From Eledone cirrhosa (taxonomy: Eukaryota), in NCBI GenBank assembly GCA_964016885.1, contig OZ024741.1, positions 84,444,001 to 84,508,000 of the forward strand: 64,000 nt of DNA. Reading direction: 5' to 3'. The position numbers were made by a program, and so were the translations under genes. This document shows positions 43,501 to 60,300 of this stretch, in pieces. Numbering within the stretch: position 1 is the first letter of the stretch; every line of letters starts with the position of its first letter. The notes beneath the pieces are model-generated. The model saw only the letters and a list, made by a program, of their open reading frames with translations, had not been told where the DNA came from and searched no databases.

Positions 43501-46500
43501 ACCACCACTAAAGGTACAACCGTCAACATCACCACTAAAGGTACAACTGTCAACACCACCACTAAAGGTACAACTGTCAACACCACCACTAAAGGTACAA
43601 CTGTCAACACCACCACTAAAGGTACAACTGTCAACACCACCACTAAAGGTACAACCGTCAACACCACCAGTGAAGGTACAACCGTCAACACCACCACTAA
43701 AGGTACAACCGTCAACACCACCACTGAAGGTACAACCATCAACACCACCACTAAAGGTACAGCCATCAACACCACCACTGAAGGTACAACTGTCAACACC
43801 AACACTGAAGGTACAACCATCAACACCACCATTAAAGGTACAACCGTCAACACCACCACTAAAGGTAAAACCGTCAACACCACCACTAAAGGTAAAACCG
43901 TCAACACCACCACTAGAGGTACAACCGTCAACACCACCACTTAAGATACAACCATCAACACCATCACTGTAGGTACAACCGTCAACACCACAACTAAAGA
44001 TACAACCGTCAACACCACCACTAAAGGTACAACCGTCAACATCACCACTAAAGGTACAGCCGTCAACACCACCACTGAAGGTACAACTGTCAACACCACC
44101 ACTAAAGGTACAACCGTCAATAACACCACTGAAGGTACAACCGTCAACACCACCACTAAAGGTACAACCGTCAACACCACCACTAAAGGTACAACCGTCA
44201 ACACCACCACTGAAGGTACAACCGTCAACACCACCACTAAAGGTACAACCCTCAACACCACCACTAAAGGTACAACCGTCAACACCACCTCTGAAGGTAC
44301 AGCCATCAACACCACTACTAAAGGTACAACCGTCAACACCACCACTAAAGGTACAACTGTCAACACCACCACTAAAGGTACAACCGTCAACACCAACACT
44401 AAATGTACAACCATCAACACCACTACTAAAGGTACAACCATCAACACCACCACTAAATGTACAACTGTCAACACCACCACTAAAGATACAACTGTCAACA
44501 CCACCACGAAAGGTACAACCGTCAACACCACCACTAAAGGTACAACCATCAACACCACCACGAAAGGTACAAACATCAACACCACCACTGAAGGTACAGT
44601 CATCAACACCACCACTAAAGCTACAACCGTCAACACCACCACTAAAGGTACAACAGTCAACACCACCACTGAAGGTACAACCCACAACATCACCACTAAA
44701 GGTTCAACTGTCAACACCAACACTAAAGGTACAACCGTCAACACCACCACTAAAGGTACAACCGTCAACACCACCACTAAAGATACAACCCTCAACACCA
44801 CCACTAAAGATACAACCCTCAACACCACCACTAAAGGTGCAACTGTCAACAACACCACTAAAGGTCAACTGTCAACACCACCACTAAAGGTACAACCGTC
44901 AACACCACCACTGAAGGTACAACCGTCAACACCACCACTAAAGGTACAACAGTCAACGCCACCACTAAAGGTACAACTGTCAACACCACCACTAAAGGTG
45001 CAACTGTCAACATCACCACTAAAGGTACAACTGTCAACACCACCACGAAAGGTACAAACGTCAACATCACCACTAAAGGTACAACCGTCAACACCACCAC
45101 CAAAGGTACAACCCTCAACACCACCACTAAAGGTACAACTGTCAATATCATCACTAAAGGTACAACTGTCAACACCACCACGAAAGGTACAAACGTCAAC
45201 ATCACCACTAAAGGTACAACTGTCAACACCACCACTAAAGGTACAACCGTCAACACCACCACCAAAGGTACAACCCTCAACACCACCACTAAAGGTACAA
45301 CTGTCAATATCATCACTAAAGGTACAACCGTCAACACCACCACTAAAGGTACAACTGTCAATATCATCACTAAAGGTACAACCATCAACACCACCACCAA
45401 AGGTACAACCGTCAACACCACCACTAAAGGTACAACTGTCAACACCACCACTAAAGGTACAACCGTCAACACCACCACTAAAGGTACAACCATCAACACC
45501 ACCACCAAAGGTACAACTGTCAACACCACCACTAAAGGTACAACCATCAACACCACCACCAAAGGTACAACCGTCAACACCACCACTAAAGGTACAACCA
45601 TCAACACCACCACTAAATGTACAACTGTCAACACCACCACTGAATGTACAACCGTCAACACCACCACTAAAGGTACAACCGTCAACACCACCACTGAAGG
45701 TACAACCGTTAACACCACCACCAAAGGTTCAACCGTCAACACCACCACTAAAGGTACAACTGTCAACACCACCACTAAAGGTACAACCGTCAACACCACC
45801 ACTAAAGGTACAACCATCAACACCACCACCAAAGGTACAACCGTCAACACCACCACTAAAGGTACAACCGTCAACACCACCACTAAAGGTACAACCGTCA
45901 ACACCACCACTAAAGGTACAACCATCAACACCACCACCAAAGGTACAACCGTCAACACCACCACTAAAGGTACAACTGTCAACACCACCACTGAAGGTAC
46001 AACCATCAACACCACCACCAAAGGTACAACTGTCAACATCACCACTGAAGGTACAACCGTCAACACCACCACTAAAGGTACAACCGTCAACACCACCACT
46101 AAAGGTACAACCGTCAACACCACCACCAAAGGTACAACCGTCAACACCACCTCTGAAGGTACAGCCATCAACACCACCACTGAAGGTACAACTGTCAACA
46201 CCACCACTAAAGGTACAACTATCAACACCACCACTAAAGGTACAACCATCAACACCACCACCAAAGGTACAACCGTCAACACCACCACCAAAGGTACAAC
46301 CGTCAACACCACCTCTGAAGGTACAACCATCAACACCACCACTAAAGGTACAACCGTCAACACCACCACGAAAGGTACAAACATCAACACCACCACTGAA
46401 GGTACAACCATCAACACCACCACTGAAGGTACAAACATCAACACCACCACTGAAGGTACAACCGTCAACACCACCACTGAAGGTACAGCCATCAACACCA

Positions 46501-49500
46501 CCACTAAAGGTACAACTGTCAACACCACCACTAAAGGTACAACTGTCAACACCACCACCAAAGGTACAACTGTCAACACCACCACTAAAGGTACAAACGT
46601 CAACACCACCACTAAAGGTACAACTGTCAACACCACCACGAAAGGTACAACCGTCAACACCACCACTAAAGGTACAACCGTCAACACCACCACTAAAAGT
46701 ACAACCGTCAACACCACCACTAAAGGTACAACCGTCAACACCACCACTAAAGGTACAACCGTCAACACCACCACTAAAGGTACAACTGTCAACACCACCA
46801 CTAAAGGTACAACTGTCAACACCACCACTAAAGTTACAACTGTCAACACCACCACTAAAGTTACAACTGTCAACACCACCACTAAAGGTACAACTGTCAA
46901 CACCACCACTAAAGGTACAACTGTCAACACCACCACTAAAGGTACAACCGTCAACACCACCACTAAAGGTACAACTGTCAACACCACCACTAAAGTTACA
47001 ACTGTCAACACCACCACTAAAGGTACAACCGTCAACACCACCACTAAAGGCACAACCATCAACACCACCACTGAAGGTACAACCGTCAACACCACCACTA
47101 AATGTACAACCTTCAACACCACCACTGAAAGTACAACCGTCAACACCACCACTAAAGGTACAACTGTCAACACCACCACTTAAGGTACAACTGTCAACAC
47201 CACCACTGAAGGTACAACCCTCAACACCACCACTAAAGGTACAACCATCAACACCACCACTGAAGGTACTACCATCAACACCACCACTAAAAGTACAACC
47301 GTCAACACCACCACTAAAGGTACAACCATCAACACCACCACTAAAGGTACAACCATCAACACCTCCAATAAATGTACAACCATCAACACAACCACTGAAG
47401 CTACAACCGTCAACACCACCACTAACGGTACAACCGTCAACACCACCACTAAAGGTACAACTGTCAACACCACCACTGAAGGTACAACCGTCAACACCAC
47501 CACTAAAGTTACAAACAACAACACAACTACTAAAGGTACAACTGTCAACACCACCACTAAAGGTACAACCATCAACACCACCACTAAAGGTACAACCGTC
47601 AACACCACCACTAAAGGTACAACCGTCATCACCACCACTAAAGGTACAACCGTCAACACCACCACTAAAGGTACAACCGTCATCACCACCACTAAAGGTA
47701 CAACCGTCATCACCACCACTGAAGGTACAACTGTCAACAAAACCACTAAAGGTACAACTTTCAACATCACCAATAAAGGTACAACCATCAACACCACCAC
47801 TGAAGGTACAACCGTCAACACCACCACTAAAGGTACAACTGTCAACACCACCACTAAAGGTACAACCCTCAACAGCACCACTGAAGGTACAACCATCAAC
47901 ACCACCACTAAAGGTACAACCGTCAACACCACCACGAAAGGTACAACCATCAACACCACCACTAAAGGTACAACTTCCAACATCACCAATAAAGGTACAA
48001 CCATCAACACCACCACTGAAGGTACAACTGTCAACACCACCACTGAAGGTACAACTGTCAACACCACCACTGAAGGTACAACTGTCAACACCACCACTAA
48101 AGGTACAACTGTCAACACCACCACTGAAGGTACAACCGTCAACACCACCACTGAAGGTACAACCAGCAACACCACCACTAAAGGTACAACTGTCAACACC
48201 ACCACTAAAGGTACAACCATCAACACCACCACTGAAGGTACAACCATCAACACCACCACTGAAGGTACAACTGTCAACACCACCACTGAAGGTACAACTG
48301 TCAACACCACCACTAAATGTACAACTGTCAACACCACCACTGAAGGTACAACCGTCAACACCACCACTAAAGGTACAACCATCAACACCACCACTAAAGG
48401 TACAACCATCAACACCACCACTAGAGGTACAACCATCAACACCACCACTAAAGGTACAACCATCAACACCACCACTAGAGGTACAACCATCAACACCACC
48501 ACTAAAGGTACAACCATCAACACCACCACTAAAGGTACAACTGTCAACACCACCACTAAAGGTACAACCATCAACACCACCACTAAAGGTACAACCATCA
48601 ACACCACCACTAAAGGTACAACCATCAACACCACCACTAAAGGTACAACTGTCAACACCACCACTAAAGGTACAACCATCAACACCACCACTAGAGGTAC
48701 AACCATCAACACCACCACTAAAGGTACAACCATCAACACCACCACTAAAGGTACAACCATCAACACCACCACTAAAGGTACAACCATCAACACCACCACT
48801 AAAGGTACAACCATCAACACCACCACTAAAGGTACAACCATCAACACCACCACTAAAGGTACAACTGTCAACACCACCACTAAAGGTACAACCATCAACA
48901 CCACCACTAGAGGTACAACCATCAACACCACCACTAGAGGTACAGCCATCAACACCACCACGAAAGGTACAACCGTCAACACCACCACTAAAGGTACAAC
49001 CGTCAACACCACCACTGAAGGTACAACCGTCAACACCACCACTAAAGGTACAACCGTCAACACCACCAGTGAAGGTACAACCGTCAACACCACCACTGAA
49101 GGTACAACCGTCAACACCACCACTAAAGGTACAACCGTCAACACCACCAGTGAAGGTACAACCGTCAACACCACCACTAAAGGTACAACCGTCAACACCA
49201 CCACTAAAGGTACAACCGTCAACACCACCAGTGAAGGTACAACCGTCAACACCACCACTAAAGGTACAACCGTCAACACCACCACTAAAGGTACAACCGT
49301 CAACACCACCAGTGAAGGTACAACCGTCAACACCACCACTAAAGGTACAACCATCAACACCACCACTGAAGGTACAGCCATCAACACCACCACTAAAGGT
49401 ACAACCGTCAACACCACCACTAAAGGTACAACCCTCAACACCACCAGTGAAGGTACAACCGTCAACACCACCACTGAAGGTACAACCGTCAACACCACCA

Positions 49501-49935
49501 CTAAAGGTACAACCGTCAACACCACCAGTGAAGGTACAACCGTCAACACCACCACTAAAGGTACAACCGTCAACACCACCACTGAAGGTACAGCCATCAA
49601 CACCACCACTAAAGGTACAACCGTCAACACCACCACTAAAGGTACAACCCTCAACACCACCACTAAAGGTACAACCCTCAACACCACCACTAAAGGTACA
49701 ACCGTCAACACCACCACTAAAGGTACAACCGTCAACACCACCACTAAAGGTACAACCGTCAACACCACCAGTGAAGGTACAACCGTCAACACCACCACTA
49801 AAGGTACAGCCATCAACACCACCACTGAAGGTACAACCGTCAATACCACCACTAAAGGTACAACCGTCAACACCACCACTAAAGGTACAACCCTCAACAC
49901 CACCACTAAAGGTACAACCCTCAACACCATCACCA
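25528..49935. repeat. 27-bp minisatellite, ~900 copies, consensus AAAGGTACAACCGTCAACACCACCACT
   Basis: 9-residue periodicity in the open frames (KGTTVNTTT / KVQPSTPPL / VDGCTFSGG); 24.4 kb divided by 27. Confidence 0.98.
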
Positions 49936-51250
49936 AATGTCCAACCAGCTACACCACTACCAAAGGTACAGCCAGGAACAACGCCAACAACAATAACAGT
50001 ACAGTCACTAACACCACCTCCATAACAACTCTACAACCACCAACACCACCAGCGATAATAGTACCTCCACCATCTCCAACAACATTAGTACAGCCATCAA
50101 CACCGCCACCAACACTTCAGCCGCCACCCCCAACAACAACAGTTGAGACGCAAACACCGCCGACAACAATCTAGCCAGCATCACCAACACTATCATGGCC
50201 AATAGCTGTGCCAGCAACACCACTATCAACAATAACAGCAACAGTCCAGACAAACACCATCACCAACAACAACACTACTACCACCACCACCTCCAACAGT
50301 AACAGTACACCTACAATACCACTAATCACAGTACAGCCACCAACACCATCACCAACAACAGTAACACTAGAGACACCAACAACACCACTACCAAACGTAC
50401 GGACACCAGTACCGCTACTAACAACAGTATAGGCACCAACAACAAAATTAACAGCATTACAGCCACCAACAACAACAGTATAACCATCACCAGCAACAGC
50501 AACTATACATCCACTAACACCACCACTAACAACAACAACACAGCCACTAACACCACCACCAACAACACAGCCACTAACACCACCACCAACAACACAGCCA
50601 CTAACACCACCACCAACAACAACACAGCCACTAACACCACCACCAACAACAACACAGCCACTAACACCACCACCAACAACAACACAGCCACTAACACCAC
50701 CAACAACAACACAGCCACTAACACCACCACCAACAACAACACAGCCACTAACACCACCACCAACAACAACACAGCCACTAACACCACCACCAATAACAAT
50801 TCTGCCACCACCACCACCCAACAGCAGTACAGTTATAAACGCCACCCCTAAGCAATAGTACAACTACAAACACGAAACCTCTGCCTCCAACATTAATACA
50901 ATAGACATCGCCGCCATCAATGCTACCATTCCAACCACTACCTTCATTGCCACAACTGTCACCTCATCTCATCAACACCACCACCACTACCACCACCAGC
51001 AATAACAATACGACTATTATAACAACAATACCACCAACACCACCATCATCAACACCCCACCCACCATCAACAATATACTCGCCACTTCATCCACTACCAA
51101 TACTACCTCCTTAACTAACAGCACAACACCAACAACAACGATGACAACTATAATACTATCAACATAACAATACTAAAATCACTATTGTAACATCAATCAA
51201 TAGCAACAAAGAACATATCAGACACCTAAGATCAATAGCAACACCAATTT
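49936..51250. repeat. Degenerate AC-rich transition zone with a 27-30-bp sub-array (ACAACA(ACA)CAGCCACTAACACCACCACCA) at ~50510-50795
   Basis: About 10 near-identical units plus diverged relatives of the 27-mer. Confidence 0.85.
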
Positions 51251-51334
51251 CGATATATCCTCTCAGCTTTTCTTTTTGTGTGTGTGTTTTTTTTTTCGTA
51301 ACTAATGAAAATGGGATTATATTACAGTCCGCAG

Positions 51335-54300
51335 ATGCAACACCACCAGTACTAACACCAGCACCGACACCACCAACACTAACACCATCAGCACCAACAT
51401 CATGAACACCGGCACCAACACCACCAACATCAACACCAACACCAACTCCCCCCATATCAGCAGTAGCAACACCGACATAACCAACACCACCAACACCAAC
51501 ACCAATACCAACACTACCAACACCAACACCACCAACACCAACACAACCAACACCACCACCAATACCAACACTACCAACACCAACACCACCAACACCAACA
51601 CAACCAACACTACCAACAACAACACCACCAACACCAACACCACCAACACCAATACCAACACCAACACCAACACCACCAACACCAACACCAACACCACCAA
51701 CACCAATACCAACACTACCAACACCAACACCAACACCACCAACATCAACACCAACACCACCAACACCAATACCAACACCACCAACACCAACACCACCAAC
51801 ACCAACACAACCAACACTACCAACACCAACACCACCAACACCAACACAACCAACACTACCAACACCAACACCAAAACCACCAACACCACCACCAAACCAC
51901 CAATACCAATACCAACACTACCAACACCAACACCACCAACACCAACGCAACCAACACTACCAACACCAACACCAAAACCACCAACACCAACACCACCAAC
52001 CCCAACGCCAACACTAACACCACCAACAACATCACCACCAACAGCAACACCAACAGCAACACCAACACCACCAACACCAACACCAACACAACCAACACCA
52101 ACACCACCAACACCAACACCACCAACACCAACACCACCAACACCAACACCAATACCAACACCAACACCACCAACACCAACATCACCAACACCAACACCAA
52201 CACCACCAACACCAACACCAACACCAACACCACCAACACCAACACCACCAACACCAACACCACCAACAACCAATAGCAACACCAACACCACCAACACCAA
52301 CATCACCAACACCAACGCTACCAACACCAACACCACCAACACCAACACCACCACAACCAACACCAACACTACCAACACCAACACCGCCAACGCCAACACC
52401 AGCACCACCAACACCAATACCAAAACTTCCAACACCAACACCACCAACACCAACAGCACCAACACCAACATCACCAACACCAACACCAACACCAACACCA
52501 CACACACCAATACCACCAACTCCAACACCAACATCAACACACCAACACCACTAACAGCAACACCACCAACACCACCAACACCAACACCAACACCACCAAC
52601 ACCACCAACACCAACACCAACACAAACACCACCAACACCAACACGAACACCACTAACACCAACACCAACACCGCCAACACCAACACTACCAACACCAACA
52701 CCACCAACACCAACACCACCAACACCACCCACACCAACACCAACTCCACAAATACCAACTCCACCAACACCAACATCAACACGCCAACACCAACAACACC
52801 AACACCAACACCACCAACACCAACACCACAAATACCAACACCACCAACACCAACACCAACACCACCAACACCAACACCACCAACACCAACACCACAAATA
52901 CCAACACCACCAACACCAACACCATCACCACCAACACCACCAACACCAACACCAACACCAACACCACAAACACCAACACCAACACCACTAACACCAACAC
53001 CAACACCGCCAACACCAACACTACCAACACCAACACCACCAACACCAACACCACCAACACCACCCACACCAACACCAACTCCACAAATACCAACTCCACG
53101 AACACCAACATCAACACGCCAACACCAACAACACCAACACCAACACCACCAACACCAACACCACAAATACCAACACCACCAACACCAACACCAACACCAC
53201 CAACACCAACACCACCAACACCAACACCACAAATACCAACACCACCAACACCAACACCAACACCACCAACACCAACAACACCAAAACCAACACCACAAAT
53301 ACCACCAACACCAACACCAATACCACAGATACCAACACCGACACCACCAACATCAACACCACCAACACCACCAACACCAACACCACCAGGACCAATACCA
53401 CCAACAGCAACACCAACAACAACATCACCAACACCAACACTACCAACACCACCAACACCAACAAAACCAACACCAACACCACGAACAGCAACACCAACAC
53501 CAACACCACCAACACCAACACCAACACCACCAACACCAACACGAACACCACCAACACCAACACCACCAACACCAGCACTACCAACACCAACACCACCATC
53601 ACCAACACCACCAACACCAACACCACCAACACCACCCACACCAACACCACCACCACCAACACCACCAACACCAACACCAACACAACCAACACCAACACCA
53701 CCAACACCAACACCACCAACACCAATACCAACATTACCAACACCAACACAACCAACACCAACACCACCAACACCAACACCACCAACACCAATACCAACAC
53801 CACCAACACAAACAACACCAACACCAACACCACAAATACCAACTCCAACACCACCAACACCGACACCAACACCACCAACACCAACACCACCAACACCAAC
53901 AGCACCAACACCAGTACTAACACTACCAACACCAACACCAATACCAACATCACCAACACCAACACCACCAACACCAACACCACCAACACCAACACCAACA
54001 CCACCAACACCAATACCAACACTACCAACACCGACACCAATACCAACATCACCAACACCAACACCACCAACACCAACACCACCACCACCAACACCAACAC
54101 TACCAATACCAACACCACCAACACCAACACCACCAACACCAATACCAAGACTTCCAACACCAACAACACCAACACCAACATCACCAACACCAATACCAAC
54201 ACCACCAACACCAACACCTACACCACCAACACCAACACCAACAATACCAACACCACCAACAGCAACACCACCAACACCACCAACACCACCAACACCAACA

Positions 54301-57300
54301 CCAACACCAACACCAACACAACCAACATCAACACCACCAATACCAATACCAACATTACCAACACCAACACCACCAACAACAACACCACAAATACCAACAC
54401 CACAAATACCAACACCAACACCACCAACACCAACACCAACACCACCAACACCAATAACAACACCACTAACACCAGCACCAACACCACCAACACCAACACC
54501 ACGATCACCAACACCACCAACACCAACACCACCAACACCACCAACACCAACACCACAAACATCAACACCAACACCACCAGCACCAACACCAACACCACCA
54601 ACACCAACATCAACACCACCAAAACCAACACCACCAACACCAACACCAACACCAACACCACAAATACCAACGCCACCAACACCAACATCAACACACCAAC
54701 ACCAACACCACCAACACGAACACTACAAATACCAACACCACCAACACCAACACCATAAACACCAACACCACAAATACCAACACCACCAACACCAACACCA
54801 ACACCACCAACACCAACAACACCATCACCAACACCACAAATACCACCAACACCAACACCAACAACACCAACTCCAATACCACAAATACCGACACCGACAC
54901 CACCAACACCAACACCAACACCACCAACACCACCAACACCAACACCAACACCAACACCACCAACACCAACACGAACACCACTAACACCAACACCAACACC
55001 GCCAACACCAACACTACCAACACCAACACCACCATCACCAACACCACCAACACCACCCACACCAACACCAACTCCACAAATACCAACTCCACCAACACCA
55101 ACATCAACACGCCAACACCAACAACACCAACACCAACACCACCAACACCAACACCACCAACACCAACACCACAAATACCAACACCACCAACACCAACACC
55201 AACACGACCAACACCAACAACACCAAAACCAACACCACCAACACCAACACCAACACCACCAATACCAACACCACCAACACCAACACCAACACCACCAACA
55301 CCAACACCACCAACACCAACACCAACACCACCAACACCAACACCACCAACACCAACAGCAATACCACCAACACCAACACCAACACCACCAACACCAACAA
55401 CACCAAAACCAACACCACAAATACCACCAACACCAACACCAACAACACCAACACCAATACCACAGATACCAACACCGACACCACCAACATCAACACCACC
55501 AACACCACCAACACCAACACCACCAGGACCAATACCACCAACAGCAACACCAACAACAACATCACCAACACCAACACCACCAACACCACCAACACCAACA
55601 CCACCAACACCAACACCACGAACAGCAACACCAACACCAACACCACCAACACCAACACCACCAGGACCAATACCACCAACAGCAACACCAACAACAACAT
55701 CACCAACACCAACACTACCAACACCACCAACACCAACAAAACCAACACCAACACCACGAACAGCAACACCAACACCAACACCACCAACACCAACACCAAC
55801 ACCACCAACACCAACACCAACACCACCAACACCAACACCAACACCACCAACACCAGCACTACCAACACCAACACCACCATCACCAACACCACCAACACCA
55901 ACACCACCAACACCACCCACACCAACACCACCACCACCAACACCACCAACACCAACACCAACACCAACACCACAAACACCAACACCAACACCACTAACAC
56001 CAACACCAACACCGCCAACACCAACACTACCAACACCAACACCACCAACACCAACACCACCAACACCACCCACACCAACACCAACTCCACAAATACCAAC
56101 TCCACGAACACCAACATCAACACGCCAACACCAACAACACCAACACCAACACCACCAACACCAACACCACAAATACCAACACCACCAACACCAACACCAA
56201 CACCACCAACACCAACACCACCAACACCAACACCACAAATACCAACACCACCAACACCAACACCAACACCACCAACACCAACAACACCAAAACCAACACC
56301 ACAAATACCACCAACACCAACACCAATACCACAGATACCAACACCGACACCACCAACATCAACACCACCAACACCACCAACACCAACACCACCAGGACCA
56401 ATACCACCAACAGCAACACCAACAACAACATCACCAACACCAACACTACCAACACCACCAACACCAACAAAACCAACACCAACACCACGAACAGCAACAC
56501 CAACACCAACACCACCAACACCAACACCAACACCACCAACACCAACACGAACACCACCAACACCAACACCACCAACACCAGCACTACCAACACCAACACC
56601 ACCATCACCAACACCACCAACACCAACACCACCAACACCACCCACACCAACACCACCACCACCAACACCACCAACACCAACACCAACACAACCAACACCA
56701 ACACCACCAACACCAACACCACCAACACCAATACCAACATTACCAACACCAACACAACCAACACCAACACCACCAACACCAACACCACCAACACCAATAC
56801 CAACACCACCAACACAAACAACACCAACACCAACACCACAAATACCAACTCCAACACCACCAACACCGACACCAACACCACCAACACCAACACCACCAAC
56901 ACCAACAGCACCAACACCAGTACTAACACTACCAACACCAACACCAATACCAACATCACCAACACCAACACCACCAACACCAACACCACCAACACCAACA
57001 CCAACACCACCAACACCAATACCAACACTACCAACACCGACACCAATACCAACATCACCAACACCAACACCACCAACACCAACACCACCACCACCAACAC
57101 CAACACTACCAATACCAACACCACCAACACCAACACCACCAACACCAATACCAAGACTTCCAACACCAACAACACCAACACCAACATCACCAACACCAAT
57201 ACCAACACCACCAACACCAACACCTACACCACCAACACCAACACCAACAATACCAACACCACCAACAGCAACACCACCAACACCACCAACACCACCAACA

Positions 57301-60300
57301 CCAACACCAACACCAACACCAACACAACCAACATCAACACCACCAATACCAATACCAACATTACCAACACCAACACCACCAACAACAACACCACAAATAC
57401 CAACACCACAAATACCAACACCAACACCACCAACACCAACACCAACACCACCAACACCAATAACAACACCACTAACACCAGCACCAACACCACCAACACC
57501 AACACCACGATCACCAACACCACCAACACCAACACCACCAACACCACCAACACCAACACCACAAACATCAACACCAACACCACCAGCACCAACACCAACA
57601 CCACCAACACCAACATCAACACCACCAAAACCAACACCACCAACACCAACACCAACACCAACACCACAAATACCAACGCCACCAACACCAACATCAACAC
57701 ACCAACACCAACACCACCAACACGAACACTACAAATACCAACACCACCAACACCAACACCATAAACACCAACACCACAAATACCAACACCACCAACACCA
57801 ACACCAACACCACCAACACCAACAACACCATCACCAACACCACAAATACCACCAACACCAACACCAACAACACCAACTCCAATACCACAAATACCGACAC
57901 CGACACCACCAACACCAACACCAACACCACCAACACCACCAACACCAACACCAACACCAACACCACCAACACCAACACGAACACCACTAACACCAACACC
58001 AACACCGCCAACACCAACACTACCAACACCAACACCACCATCACCAACACCACCAACACCACCCACACCAACACCAACTCCACAAATACCAACTCCACCA
58101 ACACCAACATCAACACGCCAACACCAACAACACCAACACCAACACCACCAACACCAACACCACCAACACCAACACCACAAATACCAACACCACCAACACC
58201 AACACCAACACGACCAACACCAACAACACCAAAACCAACACCACCAACACCAACACCAACACCACCAATACCAACACCACCAACACCAACACCAACACCA
58301 CCAACACCAACACCACCAACACCAACACCAACACCACCAACACCAACACCACCAACACCAACAGCAATACCACCAACACCAACACCAACACCACCAACAC
58401 CAACAACACCAAAACCAACACCACAAATACCACCAACACCAACACCAACAACACCAACACCAATACCACAGATACCAACACCGACACCACCAACATCAAC
58501 ACCACCAACACCACCAACACCAACACCACCAGGACCAATACCACCAACAGCAACACCAACAACAACATCACCAACACCAACACCACCAACACCACCAACA
58601 CCAACACCACCAACACCAACACCACGAACAGCAACACCAACACCAACACCACCAACACCAACACCACCAGGACCAATACCACCAACAGCAACACCAACAA
58701 CAACATCACCAACACCAACACTACCAACACCACCAACACCAACAAAACCAACACCAACACCACGAACAGCAACACCAACACCAACACCACCAACACCAAC
58801 ACCAACACCACCAACACCAACACCAACACCACCAACACCAACACCAACACCACCAACACCAGCACTACCAACACCAACACCACCATCACCAACACCACCA
58901 ACACCAACACCACCAACACCACCCACACCAACACCACCACCACCAACACCACCAACACCAACACCAACACAACCAACACCAACACCACCAACACCAACAC
59001 CACCAACACCAATACCAACATTACCAACACCAACACAACCAACACCAACACCACCAACACCAACACCACCAACACCAATACCAACACCACCAACACAAAC
59101 AACACCAACACCAACACCACAAATACCAACTCCAACACCACCAACACCGACACCAACACCACCAACACCAACACCACCAACACCAACAGCATCAACACCA
59201 GTACTAACACTACCAACACCAACACCAATACCAACATCACCAACACCAACACCACCAACACCAACACCACCACCACCAACACCAACACTACCAATACCAA
59301 CACCACCAACACCAACACCACCAACACCAATACCAAGACTTCCAACACCAACAACACCAACACCAACACCACCAACACCAATACCAACACCACCAACACC
59401 AACACCTACACCACCAACACCAACACCAACAATACCAACACCACCAACAGCAACACCACCAACACCACCAACACCAACACCAACACCACCAACACCAACA
59501 CCAACACCAACACAACCAACACCAACACCACCAACACCAACACCACCAACACCAATAACAACATTACCAACACCAACACCACCAACAACAACACCACAAA
59601 TACCAAACCCAACACCACCAACACCAACACCAACACCACCAACACCAATAACAACACCACTAACACCAGCACCAACACCACCAACACCAACACCACGATC
59701 ACCAACACCACCAACACCAACACCACCAACACCACCAACACCAACACCACAAACATCAACACCAACACCACCAGCACCAACACCAACACCACCAACACCA
59801 ACATCAACACCACCAAAACCAACACCACCAACACCAACACCAACACCAACACCACAAATACCAACGCCACCAACACCAACATCAACACACCAACACCAAC
59901 ACCACCAACACCAACACCATAAACACCAACACCACAAATACCAACACCACCAACACCAACACCAACACCACCAACACCAACAACACCATCACCAACACCA
60001 CAAATACCACCAACACCAACACCAACAACACCAACTCCAATACCACAAATACCGACACCGACACCACCAACACCAACACCACCAACACCACCAACACCAA
60101 CACCAACACCAACACCACCAACACCAACACGAACACCACTAACACCAACACCAACACCGCCAACACCAACACTACCAACACCAACACCACCAACACCAAC
60201 ACCACCAACACCACCCACACCAACACCAACTCCACAAATACCAACTCCACCAACACCAACATCAACACGCCAACACCAACAACACCAACACCAACACCAC

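Noticed and set aside
25528-49935. CRISPR array
   Set aside because: Head-to-tail repeats with no unique spacers, no cas genes, eukaryotic context
25411-50025. Very long ORFs on both strands (up to 2368 aa) as protein-coding genes
   Set aside because: The 27-bp unit lacks stops in several frames, so long overlapping ORFs arise automatically. There are no unique domains, and frameshifts and stops are present.
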